From the NCBI GenBank assembly GCA_964016885.1, contig OZ024741.1, forward strand, positions 73,470,001-73,534,000: 64,000 nt of DNA, written 5' to 3'. Made by a program: the position numbers and the translations under genes. This DNA comes from Eledone cirrhosa. Its lineage: Eukaryota. Positions 23,501 through 38,500 of the stretch are shown one piece after another; position 1 is the stretch's first letter; each line of letters starts with the position of its first letter. The notes under the pieces were generated by a model that saw only the letters and a program-made list of their open reading frames with translations, had not been told where the DNA came from and did no database searches.

Positions 23501-26500
23501 AGACACACCAATGTTAGCTGAAGACACTCCCTGGTGAACTAAAGACACTGCCTCGATAACTAGAGACACTCCAATGTTAGCTGAAGACACTGCCTGGTAA
23601 ACTAAAGACACTGCCTCGCTAACTAGAGACACTCCAATGTCAGCTGAAGACACTCCCTGGTTAACTAAAGACACTGCCTCGCTAACTAGAGACACTCCAA
23701 TATTAGCTGAAGACATTCCCTGGTTAAGTAAAGACACTGTCTCGCTAACTAGAGACACTCCAATGTTAGCTGAAGACACTCCGTGGTTAACTAAAGACAC
23801 TGTCTCGCTAACTAGAGACACTCCAATGTTAGCTGAAGACACTCCCTGGTTAACTAAAGACACTGCCTCGCTAACTAGAGACACTCCAATGTTAGCTGAA
23901 GACACACCCTGGTTAACTAAAGACACTGTCTCGCTAACTAGAGACACTCCAATGTTAGCTGAAGACACTCCCTGGTTAACTAAAGACACTGCCTCGCTAA
24001 ATAGAGACACTCCAATGTTAGCTGAAGACACTCCCTGGTTAACTAAAGACACTGCCTCGCTAACTAGAGTCACTCCAATGTTAGCTGAAGACACTCCCTG
24101 GTTAACTAAAGACACTGCCTCGCTAACTAGAGACACTCCAATGTTAGCTGATGACATTCCCTGGTTAACTAAAGACACTGCCTCGCTAACTAGAGACACT
24201 CCAATGTTAGCTGAAGACACTCCCTGGTTAACTAAAGACACTGTCTCGCTAACTAGAGACACTCCAATGTTAGCTGAAGACACTCCCTGGTTAACTAAAG
24301 ACACTGCCTCGCTAACTAGAGACACTCCAATGTTAGCTGAAGACATTCCGTGATTAACTAAAGACACTGTCTCGCTAACTAGAGACACTCCAATGTTAGC
24401 TGAAGACACTCCCTGGTTAACTAAAGACACTGCCTCGCTAACTAGAGACACTCCAATGTTAGCTGAAGACACTCCCTGGTTAACTAAAGACACTGCCTCG
24501 CTAACTAGAGAGACTCCAATCTTAGCTGAAAACACTCCCTGGTTAACTAAAGACACTGCCTCGCTAACTAGAGACACTCCAATGTTAGCTGAAGACACTT
24601 CCTGGTTAACTAAAGACACTGCCTCGCTAACTAGAGACACTCCAATGTTAGCTCAAAACACTCCCTGGTTAACTAAAGACACTGCCTCGCTAACTAGAGA
24701 CACTCCAATGTTAGCTGAAGACACTCCCTGGTTAACTAAAGACACTGCCTCGCTAACTAGAGAGACTCCAATGTTAGCTGAAAACACTCCCTGGTTAACT
24801 AAAGACACTGTCTCGCTAACTAGAGACACTGCAATGTTAGCTCAAGACACTCCCTAGTTAACTAAAGACACTGCCTCGCTAACTAGAGGCACTCCAATGT
24901 TAGCTGAAGAGACTCCCTGGTTAACTAAAGACACTGCCTCGCTAACTAGAGACACTCCAATATTAGCTGAAGACACTCCCTGGTTAACTAAAGACACTGC
25001 CTCGCTAACTAGAGACACTCCAATGTTAGCTCAAAACACTCCCTGGTTAACTAAAGACACTGCCTCGCTAACTAGAGACACTCCAATGTTAGCTGAAGAC
25101 ACTCCCTGGTTAACTAAAGACACTGCCTCGCTAACTAGAGAGACTCCAATGTTAGCTGAAAACACTCCCTGGTTAACTAAAGACACTGTCTCGCTAACTA
25201 GAGACACTGCAATGTTAGCTCAAGACACTCCCTGGTTAACTAAAGACACTGCCTCGCTAATTAGAGACACACCAATGTTAGCTGAAGACACTCCCTGGTT
25301 AACTAAAGACACTGCCTCGCTAACTAGAGACACTCCAATGTTAGCTGAAGACACACCCTGGTTAACTAAAGACACTGTCTCGCTAACTAGAGACACTCCA
25401 ATGTTAGCTGAAGACACTCCCTGGTTAACTAAAGACACTGCCTCGCTAAATAGAGACACTCCAATGTTAGCTGAAGACACTCCCTGGTTAACTAAAGACA
25501 CTGCCTCGCTAACTAGAGTCACTCCAATGTTAGCTGAAGACACTCCCTGGTTAACTAAAGACACTGCCTCGCTAACTAGAGACACTCCAATGTTAGCTGA
25601 AGACATTCCCTGGTTAACTAAAGACACTGCCTCGCTAACTAGAGTCACTCCAATGTTAGCTGAAGACACTCCCTGGTTAAGTAAAAACACTGCCACGCTA
25701 ACTAGAGAAACTCCAATGTTAGCTGAAGACAATCTCTGGTTAACTAAAGACACTGCCTCGCTAACTAGAGACACTCCAATGTTAGCTGAAGACACTCCCT
25801 GGTTAACTCAAGACACTGTCTCGCTAACTAGAGACACTCCAATGTTAGCTGAAGACACTCCCTGGTTAACTAAAGACACTGCCTCGCTAACTAGAGACAC
25901 TCCAATGTTAGCTGAAGACACTCCCTGGTTAACTAAAGACACTGGCTCGCTAACTAGAGACACTCCAATGTTAGCTGAAGACACTCCCTGGTTAACTAAA
26001 GACACTGCCTCGCTAACTAGAGACACTCCAATGTTAGCTGAAGACACTCCCTGGTTAACTAAAGACACTGCCTCGCTAACTAGAGACACTCCAATGTTAG
26101 CTGAAGACACTCCCTGGTTAACTAAAGACACTGTTTCGCTAACTAGAGACACTCCAATGTTAGGTGAAGACACTCCCTCGTTAATTAAAGACACTGCCTC
26201 GCTAACTAGAGACACTCCAATGTTAGCTGAAGACACTCCCTGGTTAACTAAAGACAGTGCCTCGCTAACTAGAGACACTCCAATGTTAGCTGAAGACACT
26301 CCCTGGTTAACTAAAGACACTGCCTCGCTAACTAGAGACACTCCAATGTTAGCTGAAGACACTCCAGGGTTAAATAAAGACACTGCCTCGCTAATTAGAG
26401 ACACTCCAATGTTAGCTGAAGACACTCCCTGGTTAACTAAAGACACGGTCTCGCTAACTAGAGACACTCCAATGTTAGCTGAAGACACTCTCTGGTTAAC

Positions 26501-29500
26501 TAAAGACACTGCCTCGCTAACTAGAGACACTCCAATGTTAGCTGAAGACACTCCCTGGTTAACTAAAGACACTGTCTCGCTAACTAGAGACACTCCAATG
26601 TTAGCTGAAGACACTCCCTGGTTAACTAAAGACACTGCCTCGCTAACTAGAGACACTCCAATGTTAGCTGAAGACATTCCGTGATTAACTAAAGACACTG
26701 TCTCGCTAACTAGAGACACTCCAATGTTAGCTGAAGACACTCCCTGGTTAACTAAAGACACTGCCTCGCTAACTAGAGACACTCCAATGTTAGCTGAAGA
26801 CGCTCCCTGGTTAACTAAAGACACTGCCTCGCTAACTAGAGACACTCCAATGATAGCTGAAGACACACCCTGGTTAACTAAAGACACTGCCTCGCTAACT
26901 AGAGACACTCCAATGTTAGGTGAAGACACTCCCTGGTTAACTAAAGACACTGCCTCGCTAACTAGAGACACTCCAATGTTAGCTCAAGACACTCCCTGGT
27001 TAACTAAAGACACTGCCTCGCTAACTAGAGACACTCCAATGTTAGCTGAAGACACTCCCTGGTTAACTAAAGACACTGCCTCGCTAACTAGAGACACTCC
27101 AATATTAGCTGAAGAAACTCCCTGGTTAACTAAAGACACTGCCTCGCTAACTAGAGACACTCCAATGTTAGCTGAAGACAATCCCTGGTTAACTAAAGAC
27201 ACTGCCTCGCTAACTAGAGACACTCCAATGTTAGCTGAAGACACTGCCTGGTTAACTAAAGACACTGCCTCGCTAACTAGAGACACTCCAATGTTAGCTC
27301 AAAACACTCCCTGGTTAACTAAAGACACTGCCTCGCTAACTAGAGACACTCCAATGTTAGCTGAAGACACTCCCTGGTTAACTAAAGACACTGCCTCGCT
27401 AACTAGAGAGACTCCAATGTTAGCTGAAGACACTCCCTGGTTAACTAAAGACACTGCCTCGCTAACTAGAGTCACTCCAATGTTAGCTGAAGACACTCCC
27501 TAGTGAACTAAAGACACTGCCTCGCTAACTAGAGACACTCCAATGTTAGCTGAAGACACTGCCTGGTTAACTAAAGACACTGCCTCGCTAACTAGAGACA
27601 CTCCAATGTTAGCTAAAGACACTCCAGGGTTAAATAAAGACACTGGCTCGCTAATTAGAGACACTCCAATGTTAGCTGAAGACACTCCCTGGTTAACTAA
27701 AGACACGGTCTCGCTAACTAGAGACACTCCAATGTTAGCTGAAGACACTCTCTGGTTAACTAAAGACACTGCCTCGCTAACTAGAGACACTCCAATGTTA
27801 GCTGAAGACACTCCCTGGTTAACTAAAGACACTGTCTCGCTAACTAGAGACACTCCAATGTTAGCTGAAGACACTCCCTGGTTAACTAAAGACACTGCCT
27901 CGCTAACTAGAGACACTCCAATGTTAGCTGAAGACATTCCGTGATTAACTAAAGACACTGTCTCGCTAACTAGAGACACTCCAATGTTAGCTGAAGACAC
28001 TCCCTGGTTAACTAAAGACACTGCCTCGCTAACTAGAGACACTCCAATGTTAGCTGAAGACACTCCCTGGTTAACTAAAGACACTGCCTCGCTAACTAGA
28101 GACACTCCAATGATAGCTGAAGACACACCCTGGTTAACTAAAGACACTGTCTCGCTAACTAGAGACACTCCAATGTTAGGTGAAGACACTCCCTGGTTAA
28201 CTAAAGACACTGCCTCGCTAACTAGAGACACTCCAATGTTAGCTCAAGACACTCCCTGGTTAACTAAAGACACTGCCTCGCTAACTAGAGACACTCCAAT
28301 GTTAGCTGAAGACACTCCCTGGTTAACTAAAGACACTGCCTCGCTAACTAGAGACACTCCAATATTAGCTGAAGAAACTCCCTGGTTAACTAAAGACACT
28401 GCCTCGCTAACTAGAGACACTCCAATGTTAGCTCAAAACACTCCCTGGTTAACTAAAGACACTGCCTCGCTAACTAGAGACACTCCAATGTTAGCTGAAG
28501 ACACTCCCTGGTTAACTAAAGACACTGCCTCGCTAACTAGAGAGACACCAATGTTAGCTGAAAACACTCCCTGGTTAACTAAAGACACTGTCTCGCTAAC
28601 TAGAGACACTGCAATGTTAGCTCAAGACACTCCCTAGTTAACTAAAGACACTGCCTCGCTAACTAGAGGCACTCCAATGTTAGCTGAAGAGACTCCCTGC
28701 TTAACTAAAGACACTGCCTCGCTAACTAGAGACACTCCAATATTAGCTGAAGACACTCCCTGGTTAACTAAAGACACTGCCTCGCTAACTAGAGACACTC
28801 CAATGTTAGCTCAAAACACTCCCTGGTTAACTAAAGACACTGCCTCGCTAACTAGAGACACTCCAATGTTAGCTGAAGACACTCCCTGGTTAACTAAAGA
28901 CACTGCCTCGCTAACTAGAGAGACTCCAATGTTAGCTGAAAACACTCCCTGGTTAACTAAAGACACTGTCTCGCTAACTAGAGACACAGCAATGTTAGCT
29001 CAAGACACTCCCTGGTTAACTAAAGACACTGCCTCGCTAACTAGAGGCACTCCAATGTTAGCTGAAGACACTCCCTGGTTAACTAAAGACACTGCCTCGC
29101 TAATTAGAGACACACCAATGTTAGCTGAAGACACTCCCTGGTGAACTAAAGACACTGCCTCGCTAACTAGAGACACTCCAATGTTAGCTGAAGACACTGC
29201 CTGGTAAACTAAAGACACTGCCTCGCTAACTAGAGACACTCCAATGTTAGCTGAAGACACTCCCTGGTTAACTAAAGACACTGCCTCGCTAACTAGAGAC
29301 ACTCCAATATTAGCTGAAGACATTCCCTGGTTAAGTAAAGACACTGTCTCGCTAACTAGAGACACTCCAATGTTAGCTGAAGACACTCCGTGGTTAACTA
29401 AAGACACTGTCTCGCTAACTAGAGACACTCCAATGTTAGCTGAAGACACTCCCTGGTTAACTAAAGACACTGCCTCGCTAACTAGAGACACTCCAATGTT

Positions 29501-32500
29501 AGCTGAAGACACACCCTGGTTAACTAAAGACACTGTCTCGCTAACTAGAGACACTCCAATGTTAGCTGAAGACACTCCCTGGTTAACTAAAGACACTGCC
29601 TCGCTAAATAGAGACACTCCAATGTTAGCTGAAGACACTCCCTGGTTAACTAAAGACACTGCCTCGCTAACTAGAGTCACTCCAATGTTAGCTGAAGACA
29701 CTCCCTGGTTAACTAAAGACACTGCCTCGCTAACTAGAGACACTCCAATGTTAGCTGATGACATTCCCTGGTTAACTAAAGACACTGCCTCGCTAACTAG
29801 AGTCACTCCAATGTTAGCTGAAGACACTCCCTGGTTAAGTACAAACACTGCCACGCTAACTAGAGAAACTCCAATGTTAGCTGAAGACACTCTCTGGTTA
29901 ACTAAAGACACTGCCTCGCTAACTAGAGACACTCCAATGTTAGCTGAAGACACTCCCTGGTTAACTAAAGACACTGCCTCGCTAACTAGAGACACTCCAA
30001 TGTTAGCTGAAGACACTCCCTGGTTAACTAAAGACACTGCCTCGCTAACTAGAGAGACTCCAATGTTAGCTGAAAACACTCCCTGGTTAACTAAAAACAC
30101 TGTCTCGCTAACTAGAGACACTGCAATGTTAGCTCAAGACACTCCCTGGTTAACTAAAGACACTGCCTCGCTAACTAGAGGCACTCCAATGTTAGCTGAA
30201 GACACTCCCTGGTTAACTAAAGACACTGCCTCGCTAACTAAAGACACTCCAATGTTAGCTGAAGACACTGCCTGGTTAACTAAAGTCACTGCCTCGCTAA
30301 TTAGAGACACACCAATGTTAGCTGAAGACACTCCCTGGTGAACTAAAGACACTGCCTCGCTAACTAGAGACACTCCAATGTTAGCTGAAGACACTGCCTG
30401 GTAAACTAAAGACACTGCCTCGCTAACTAGAGACACTCCAATGTTAGCTGAAGACACTCCCTGGTTAACTAAAGACACTGCCTCGCTAAATAGAGACACT
30501 CCAATGTTAGCTGAAGACACTCCCTGGTTAACTAAAGACACTGCCTCGCTAACTAGAGTCACTCCAATGTTAGCTGAAGACACTCCCTGGTTAACTAAAG
30601 ACACTGCCTCGCTAACTAGAGACACTCCAATGTTAGCTGATGACATTCCCTGGTTAACTAAAGACACTGCCTCGCTAACTAGAGTCACTCCAATGTTAGC
30701 TGAAGACACTCCCTGGTTAAGTAAAAACACTGCCACGCTAACTAGAGAAACTCCAATGTTAGCTGAAGACACTCTCTGGTTAACTAAAGACACTGCCTCG
30801 CTAACTAGAGACACTCCAATGTTAGCTGAAGACACTCCCTGGTTAACTCAAGACACTGTCTCGCTAACTAGACACACTCCAATGTTAGCTGAAGACACTC
30901 CCTGGTTAACTAAAGACACTGCCTCGCTAACTAGAGACACTCCAATGTTAGCTGAAGACACTCCCTGGTTAACTAAAGACATTGGCTCGCTAACTAGAGA
31001 CACTCCAAAGTTAGCTGAAGACACTCCCTGGTTAACTAAAGACACTGCCTCGCTAACTAGAGACACTCCAATGTTAGCTGAAGACACTCCCTGGTTAACT
31101 AAAGACACTGCCTCGCTAACTAGAGACACTCCAATGTTAGCTGAAGACACTCCCTGGTTAACTAAAGACACTGTTTCGCTAACTAGAGACACTCCAATGT
31201 TAGGTGAAGACACTCCCTCGTTAATTAAAGACACTGCCTCGCTAACTAGAGACACTCCAATGTTAGCTGAAGACACTCCCTGGTTAACTAAAGACAGTGC
31301 CTCGCTAACTAGAGACACTCCAATGTTAGCTGAAGACACTCCCTGGTTAACTAAAGACACTGCCTCGCTAACTAGAGACACTCCAATGTTAGCTGAAGAC
31401 ACTCCAGGGTTAAATAAAGACACTGCCTCGCTAATTAGAGACACTCCAATGTTAGCTGAAGACATTCCGTGATTAACTAAAGACACTGTCTCGCTAACTA
31501 GAGACACTCCAATGTTAGCTGAAGACACTCCCTGGTTAACTAAAGACACTGCCTCGCTAACTAGAGACACTCCAATGTTAGCTGAAGACACTCCCTGGTT
31601 AACTAAAGACACTGCCTCGCTAACTAGAGACACTCCAATGATAGCTGAAGACACACCCTGGTTAACTAAAGACACTGCCTCGCTAACTAGAGACACTCCA
31701 ATGTTAGCTGAAGACACTCCCTGGTTAACTAAAGACACTGCCTCGCTAACTAGAGACACTCCAATGTTAGCTCAAGCCACTCCCTGGTTAACTAAAGACA
31801 CTGCCTCGCTAACTAGAGACACTCCAATGTTAGCTGAAGACACTCCCTGGTTAACTAAAGACACTGCCTCGCTAACTAGAGACACTCCAATATTAGCTGA
31901 AGAAACTCCCTGGTTAACTAAAGACACTGCCTCGCTAACAAGAGACACTCCAATGTTAGCTGAAGACACTCCCTGGTTAACTAAAGACACTGCCTCGCTA
32001 ACTAGAGACACTCCAATGTTAGCTGAAGACACTGCCTGGTTAACTAAAGACACTGCCTCGCTAACTAGAGACACTCCAATGTTAGCTCAAAACACTCCCT
32101 GGTTAACTAAAGACACTGCCTCGCTAACTAGAGACACTCCAATGTTAGCTGAAGACACTCCCTGGTTAACTAAAGACACTGCCTCGCTAACTAGAGAGAC
32201 TCCAATGTTAGCTGAAGACACTCCCTGGTTAACTAAAGACACTGCCTCGCTAACTAGAGTCACTCCAATGTTAGCTGAAGACACTCCCTAGTGAACTAAA
32301 GACACTGCCTCGCTAACTAGAGACACTCCAATGTTAGCTGAAGACACTGCCTGGTTAACTAAAGACACTGCCTCGCTAAGTAGAGACACTCCAATGTTAG
32401 CTGAAGACACTCCCTGGCTAACTAAAGACACTGCCTCGCTAACTAGAGACACTCCAATATTAGCTGAAGACATTCCCTGGTTAAGTAAAGACACTGTCTC

Positions 32501-35500
32501 GCTAACTAGAGACACTCCAATGTTAGCTGAAGACACTTCGTGGTTAACTAAAGACACTGCCTCGCTAACTAGAGACACTCCAATGTTAGCTCAAAACACT
32601 CCCTGGTTAACTAAAGACACTGCCTCGCTAACTAGAGGCAGTCCAATGTTAGCTGAAGAGACTCCCTGGTTAACTAAAGACACTGCCTCGCTAACTAGAG
32701 ACACTCCAATATTAGCTGAAGACACTCCCTGGTTAACTAAAGACACGGCCTCGCTAACTAGAGGCACTCCAATGTTAGCTGAAGACACTCCCTGGTTAAC
32801 TAAAGACACTGTCTCGCTAACTAGAGACACTCCAATGTTAGCTGAAGACACTCCCTGGTTAACTAAAGACACTGCCTCGCTAACTAGAGACACTCCAATG
32901 TTAGCTGAAGACACTCCCTGGTTAACTAAAGACACTGCCTCGCTAACTAGAGACACTCCAATGTTAGCTGAAGACACTCCCTGGTTAACTAAAGACACTG
33001 TCTCGCTAACTAGAGACACTCCAATGTTAGCTGAAGACACTCCCTGGTTAACTAAAGACACTGCCTCGCTAACTAGAGACACTCCAATGTTAGCTGAAGA
33101 CACTCCCTGGTTAACTAAAGACACTGCCTCGCTAACTAGAGACACTCCAATTTTAGCTGAAGACACTCCGTGGTTAACTAAAGACACTGTCTCGCTAACT
33201 AGAGACACTCCAATGTTAGCTGAAGACACTCCCTGGTTAACTAAAGACACTGTCTCGCTAACTAGAGACACTCCAATGTTAGCTGAAGACACTCCCTGGT
33301 TAACTAAAGACACTGCCTCGCTAACTAGAGACACTCCAATGTTAGCTGAAGACACTCCCTGGTTAACTAAAGACACTGCCTCGCTAAATAGAGACACTCC
33401 AATGTTAGCTGAAGACACTCCCTGGTTAACTAAAGACACTGTCTCGCTAACTAGAGACACTCCAATGTTAGCTGAAGACACTTCCTGGTTAACTAAAGAC
33501 ACTGTTTCGCTAACTAGAGACACTCCAATGTTAGGTGAACACTCCCTCGTTAATTAAAGACACTGCCTCGCTAACTAGAGACACTCCAATGTTAGGTGAA
33601 GACACTCCCTGGTTAACTAAAGACACTGCCTCGCTAACTAGAGACACTCCAATGTTAGCTCAAGACACTCCCTGGTTAACTAAAGACACTGCCTCGCTAA
33701 CTAGAGACACTCCAATGTTAGCTGAAGACACTCCCTGGTTAACTAAAGACACTGCCTCGCTAACTAGAGACACACCAATGTTAGCTGAAGACACTCCCTG
33801 GTGAACTAAAGACACTGCCTCGCTAACTAGAGACACTCCAATGTTAGCTGAAGACACTGCCTGGTTAACTAAAGACACTGCCTCGCTAACTAGAGACACT
33901 CCAATGTTAGCTGAAGACACTCCCTGGTTAACTAAAGACACTGCCTCGCTAACTAGAGACACTCCAATATTAGCTGAAGACATTCCCTGGTTAAGTAAAG
34001 ACACTGTCTCGCTAACTAGAGACACTCCAATGTTAGCTGAAGACACTCCGTGGCTAACTAAAGACACTGTCTCGCTAACTAGAGACACTCCAATGTTAGC
34101 TGAAGACACTCCCTGGTTAACTAAAGACACTGCCTCGCTAACTAGAGACACTCCAATGTTAGCTGAAGACACACCCTGGTTAACTAAAGACACTGTCTCG
34201 CTAACTAGAGACACTCCAATGTTAGCTGAAGACACTCCCTGGTTAAATAAAGACACTGCCTCGCTAACTAGAGACACTCCAATGTTAGCTGAAGACACTC
34301 CCTGGTTAACTAAAGACACTGCCTCGCTAACTAGAGTCACTCCAATGTTAGCTGAAGACACTCCCTGGTTAACTAAAGACACTGCCTCGCTAACTAGAGA
34401 CACTCCAATGTTAGCTGAAGACATTCCCTGGTTAACTAAATACACTGCCTCGCTAACTAGAGACACTCCAATGTTAGCTGAAGACACTCCCTGGTTAACT
34501 AACGACACTGCCTCGCTAACTAGAGACACTCCAATGTTAGCTGAAGACACTCCCTGGTTAACTAAAGACACTGTTTCGCTAACTAGAGACACTCCAATAT
34601 TAGCTGAAGACACTCCCTGGTTAACTAAAGACACTGCCTCGCTAACTAGAGACACTCCAATGTTAGCTGAAGACACTCCCTGGTTAACTAAAGACACTGC
34701 CTCGCTAACTAGAGACACTCCAATCTTAGCTGAAGACACTCCCTGGTTAACTAAAGACACTGTCTCGCTAACTAGAGACACTCCAATGTTAGCTGAAGAC
34801 ACTTCCTGGTTAACTAAAGACACTGTCTCGCTAACTAGAGACACTCCAATGTTAGGTGAAGACACTCCCTCGTTAATTAAAGACACTGCCTCGCTAACTA
34901 GAGACACTCCAATGTTAGCTGAAGACACTCCCTTTTTAACTAAAGACACTGCCTCGCTAACTAAAGACACTCCAATGTTAGCTGAAGACACTGCCTGATT
35001 AACTAAAGACAGTGCCTCGCTAACTAGAGACACTCCAATGTTAGCTGAAGACACTCCCTGGTTAACTAAAGACACTGCCTCGCTAACTAGAGACACTCCA
35101 ATGTTAGCTGAAGACACTCCCTGGTTAACTAAAGACACTGTCTCGCTAACTAGAGACACTCCAATGTTAGCTCAAGACACTCCCTGATTAACTAAAGACA
35201 CTGCCTCGCTAACTAGAGACACTCCAATGTTAGCTGAAGACACTCCCTGGTTAACTAAAGACACTGCCTCGCTAACTAGAGACACTCCAATGTTAGCTGA
35301 AGACACTGCCTGGTTAACTAAAGACACTGCCTCGCTAACTAGAGACACTCCAATGTTAGCTGAAGACACTCCCTGGTTAACTAAAGACACTGCCTCGCTA
35401 ACTAGAGACGCTCCAATGTTAGCTGAAGACACTCCCTGGTTAACTAAAGACACTGCCTCGCTAACTAGAGACACTCCAATGTTAGCTGAAAACACTCCCT

Positions 35501-38500
35501 GGTTAACTAAAGACACTGTCTCGCTAACTAGAGACACTCCAATGTTAGCTCAAGACACTCCCTGGTTAACTAAAGACACTGCCTCGCTAACTAGAGGCAC
35601 TCCAATGTTAGCTGCAGAGACTCCCTGGTTAACTAAATACACTGCCTCGCTAACTAGAGACACTCCAATATTAGCTGAAGACACTCCCTGGTTAGCTAAA
35701 GACACTGCCTCGCTAACTAGAGGCACTCCAATGTTAGCTGAAGACACTCCCTGGTTACCTAAAGACACTGCCACGCTAATTAAAGACACTCCAATGTTAG
35801 CTGAAGACACTGCCTGGTTAACTAAAGTCACTGCCTCGCTAAATAGAGACACTCCAATGTTAGCTGAAGACACTCCCTAGTTAACTAAAGACACTGCCTC
35901 GCTAACTAGAGACACTCCAATGTTAGCTGAAGACACTGCCTGGTTAACTAAAGACACTGCCTCGCTAACTAGAGACACTCCAATGTTAGCTGAAGACACT
36001 CCCTGGTTAACTAAAGACACTGCCTCGCTAACTAGAGACACTCCAATATTAGTTGAAGACACTCCCTGGTTAACTAAAGACACTGCCTCGCTAACTAGAG
36101 ACACTCCAATGTTAGCTGAAGACACTCCCTGGTTAACTAAAGACACTGCCTCGCTAACTAGAGACACTCCAATATTAGTTGAAGACACTCCCTGGTTAAC
36201 TAAAGACACTGTCTCGCTAACTAGAGACACTCCAATGTTAGCTGAAGACACTCCGTGGTTAACTAAAGACACTGTCTCGCTAACTAGAGACACTCCAATG
36301 TTAGCTGAAGACACTCCGTGGTTAACTAAAGACACTGCCTCGCTAACTAGAGACACTCCAATGTTAGCTGAAGAAACTCCCTGGTTAACTAAAGACACTG
36401 CCTCGCTAACTAGAGACACTCCAATGTTAGCTGAAGACACTCCCTGGTTAACTAAAGACACTGCCTCGCTAAATAGAGTCACTCCAATGTTAGCTGAAGA
36501 CACTCCCTGGTTAACTAAAGACACTGCTTCGCTAACTAGAGACACTCCAATGTTAGCTGAAGACACTCCCCGGTTAACTAAAGACACTGCCTCGCTAACT
36601 AGAGTCACTCCAATGTTAGCTGAAGACACTCTCTGGTTAACTAAAGACACTGCCTCGCTAACTAAAGACACTCCAATGTTAGCTGAAGACACTGCCTGAT
36701 TAAGTAAAGACAGTGCCTCGCTAACTAGAGACACTCCAATGTTAGCTGAAGACACTCCCTGGTTAACTAAAGACACTGCCTCGCTAACTAGAGACACTCC
36801 AATGTTAGCTGAAGACACTCCCTGGTTAACTAAAGACATTGTCTCGCTAACTAGAGACACTCCAATGTTAGCTCAAGACACTCCCTGGTTAACTAAAGAC
36901 ACTGCCTCGCTAACTAGAGACACTCCAATGTTAGCTGAAGACACTCCCTGGTTAACTAAAGACACTGCCTCGCTAACTAGAGACACTCCAATGTTAGGTG
37001 AAGACACTCCCTGGTTAACTAAAGACACTGCCTCGCTAACTAGAGACACTCCAATGTTAGCTCAAGACACTCCCTGGTTAACTAAAGACACTGCCTCGCT
37101 AACTAGAGACACTCCAATGTTAGCTGAAGACACTCCCTGGTTAACTAAAGACACTGCCTCGCTAACTAGAGACACACCAATGTTAGCTGAAGACACTCCC
37201 TGGTGAACTAAAGACACTGCCTCGCTAACTAGAGACACTCCAATGTTAGCTGAAGACACTGCCTGGTTAACTAAAGACACTGCCTCGCTAACTAGAGACA
37301 CTCCAATGTTAGCTGAAGACACTCCCTGGTTAACTAAAGACACTGCCTCGCTAACTAGAGACACTCCAATATTAGCTGAAGACATTCCCTGGTTAAGTAA
37401 AGACACTGTCTCGCTAACTAGAGACACTCCAATGTTAGCTGAAGACACTCCGTGGCTAACTAAAGACACTGTCTCGCTAACTAGAGACACTCCAATGTTA
37501 GCTGAAGACACTCCCTGGTTAACTAAAGACACTGCCTCGCTAACTAGAGACACTCCAATGTTAGCTGAAGACACACCCTGGTTAACTAAAGACACTGTCT
37601 CGCTAACTAGAGACACTCCAATGTTAGCTGAAGACACTCCATGGTTAAATAAAGACACTGCCTCGCTAACTAGAGACACTCCAATGTTAGCTGAAGACAC
37701 TCCCTGGTTAACTAAAGACACTGCCTCGCTAAATAGAGTCACTCCAATGTTAGCTGAAGACACTCCCTGGTTAACTAAAGACACTGCCTCGCTAACTAGA
37801 GACACTCCAATGTTAGCTGAAGACACTCCCTGGTTAACTAAAGACACTGCCTCGCTAACTAGAGACACTCCAATATTAGCTGAAGACATTCCCTGGTTAA
37901 GTAAAGACACTGTCTCGCTAACTAGAGACACTCCAATGTTAGCTGAAGACACTCCGTGGCTAACTAAAGACACTGTCTCGCTAACTAGAAACACTCCAAT
38001 GTTAGCTGAAGACACTCCCTGGTTAACTAAAGACACTGCCTCGCTAACTAGAGACACTCCAATGTTAGCTGAAGACACACCCTGGTTAACTAAAGACACT
38101 GTCTCGCTAACTAGAGACACTCCAATGTTAGCTGAAGACACTCCCTGGTTAAATAAAGACACTGCCTCGCTAACTAGAGACACTCCAATGTTAGCTGAAG
38201 ACACTCCCTGGTTAACTAAAGACACTGCCTCGCTAAATAGAGTCACTCCAATGTTAGCTGAAGACACTCCCTGGTTAACTAAAGACACTGCCTCGCTAAC
38301 TAGAGACACTCCAATGTTAGCTGAAGACATTCCCTGGTTAACTAAATACACTGCCTCGCTAACTAGAGACACTCCAATGTTAGCTGAAGACACTCCCTGG
38401 TTAACTAACGACACTGCCTCGCTAACTAGAGACACTCCAATGTTAGCTGAAGACACTCCCTGGTTAACTAAAGACACTGTTTCGCTAACTAGAGACACTC

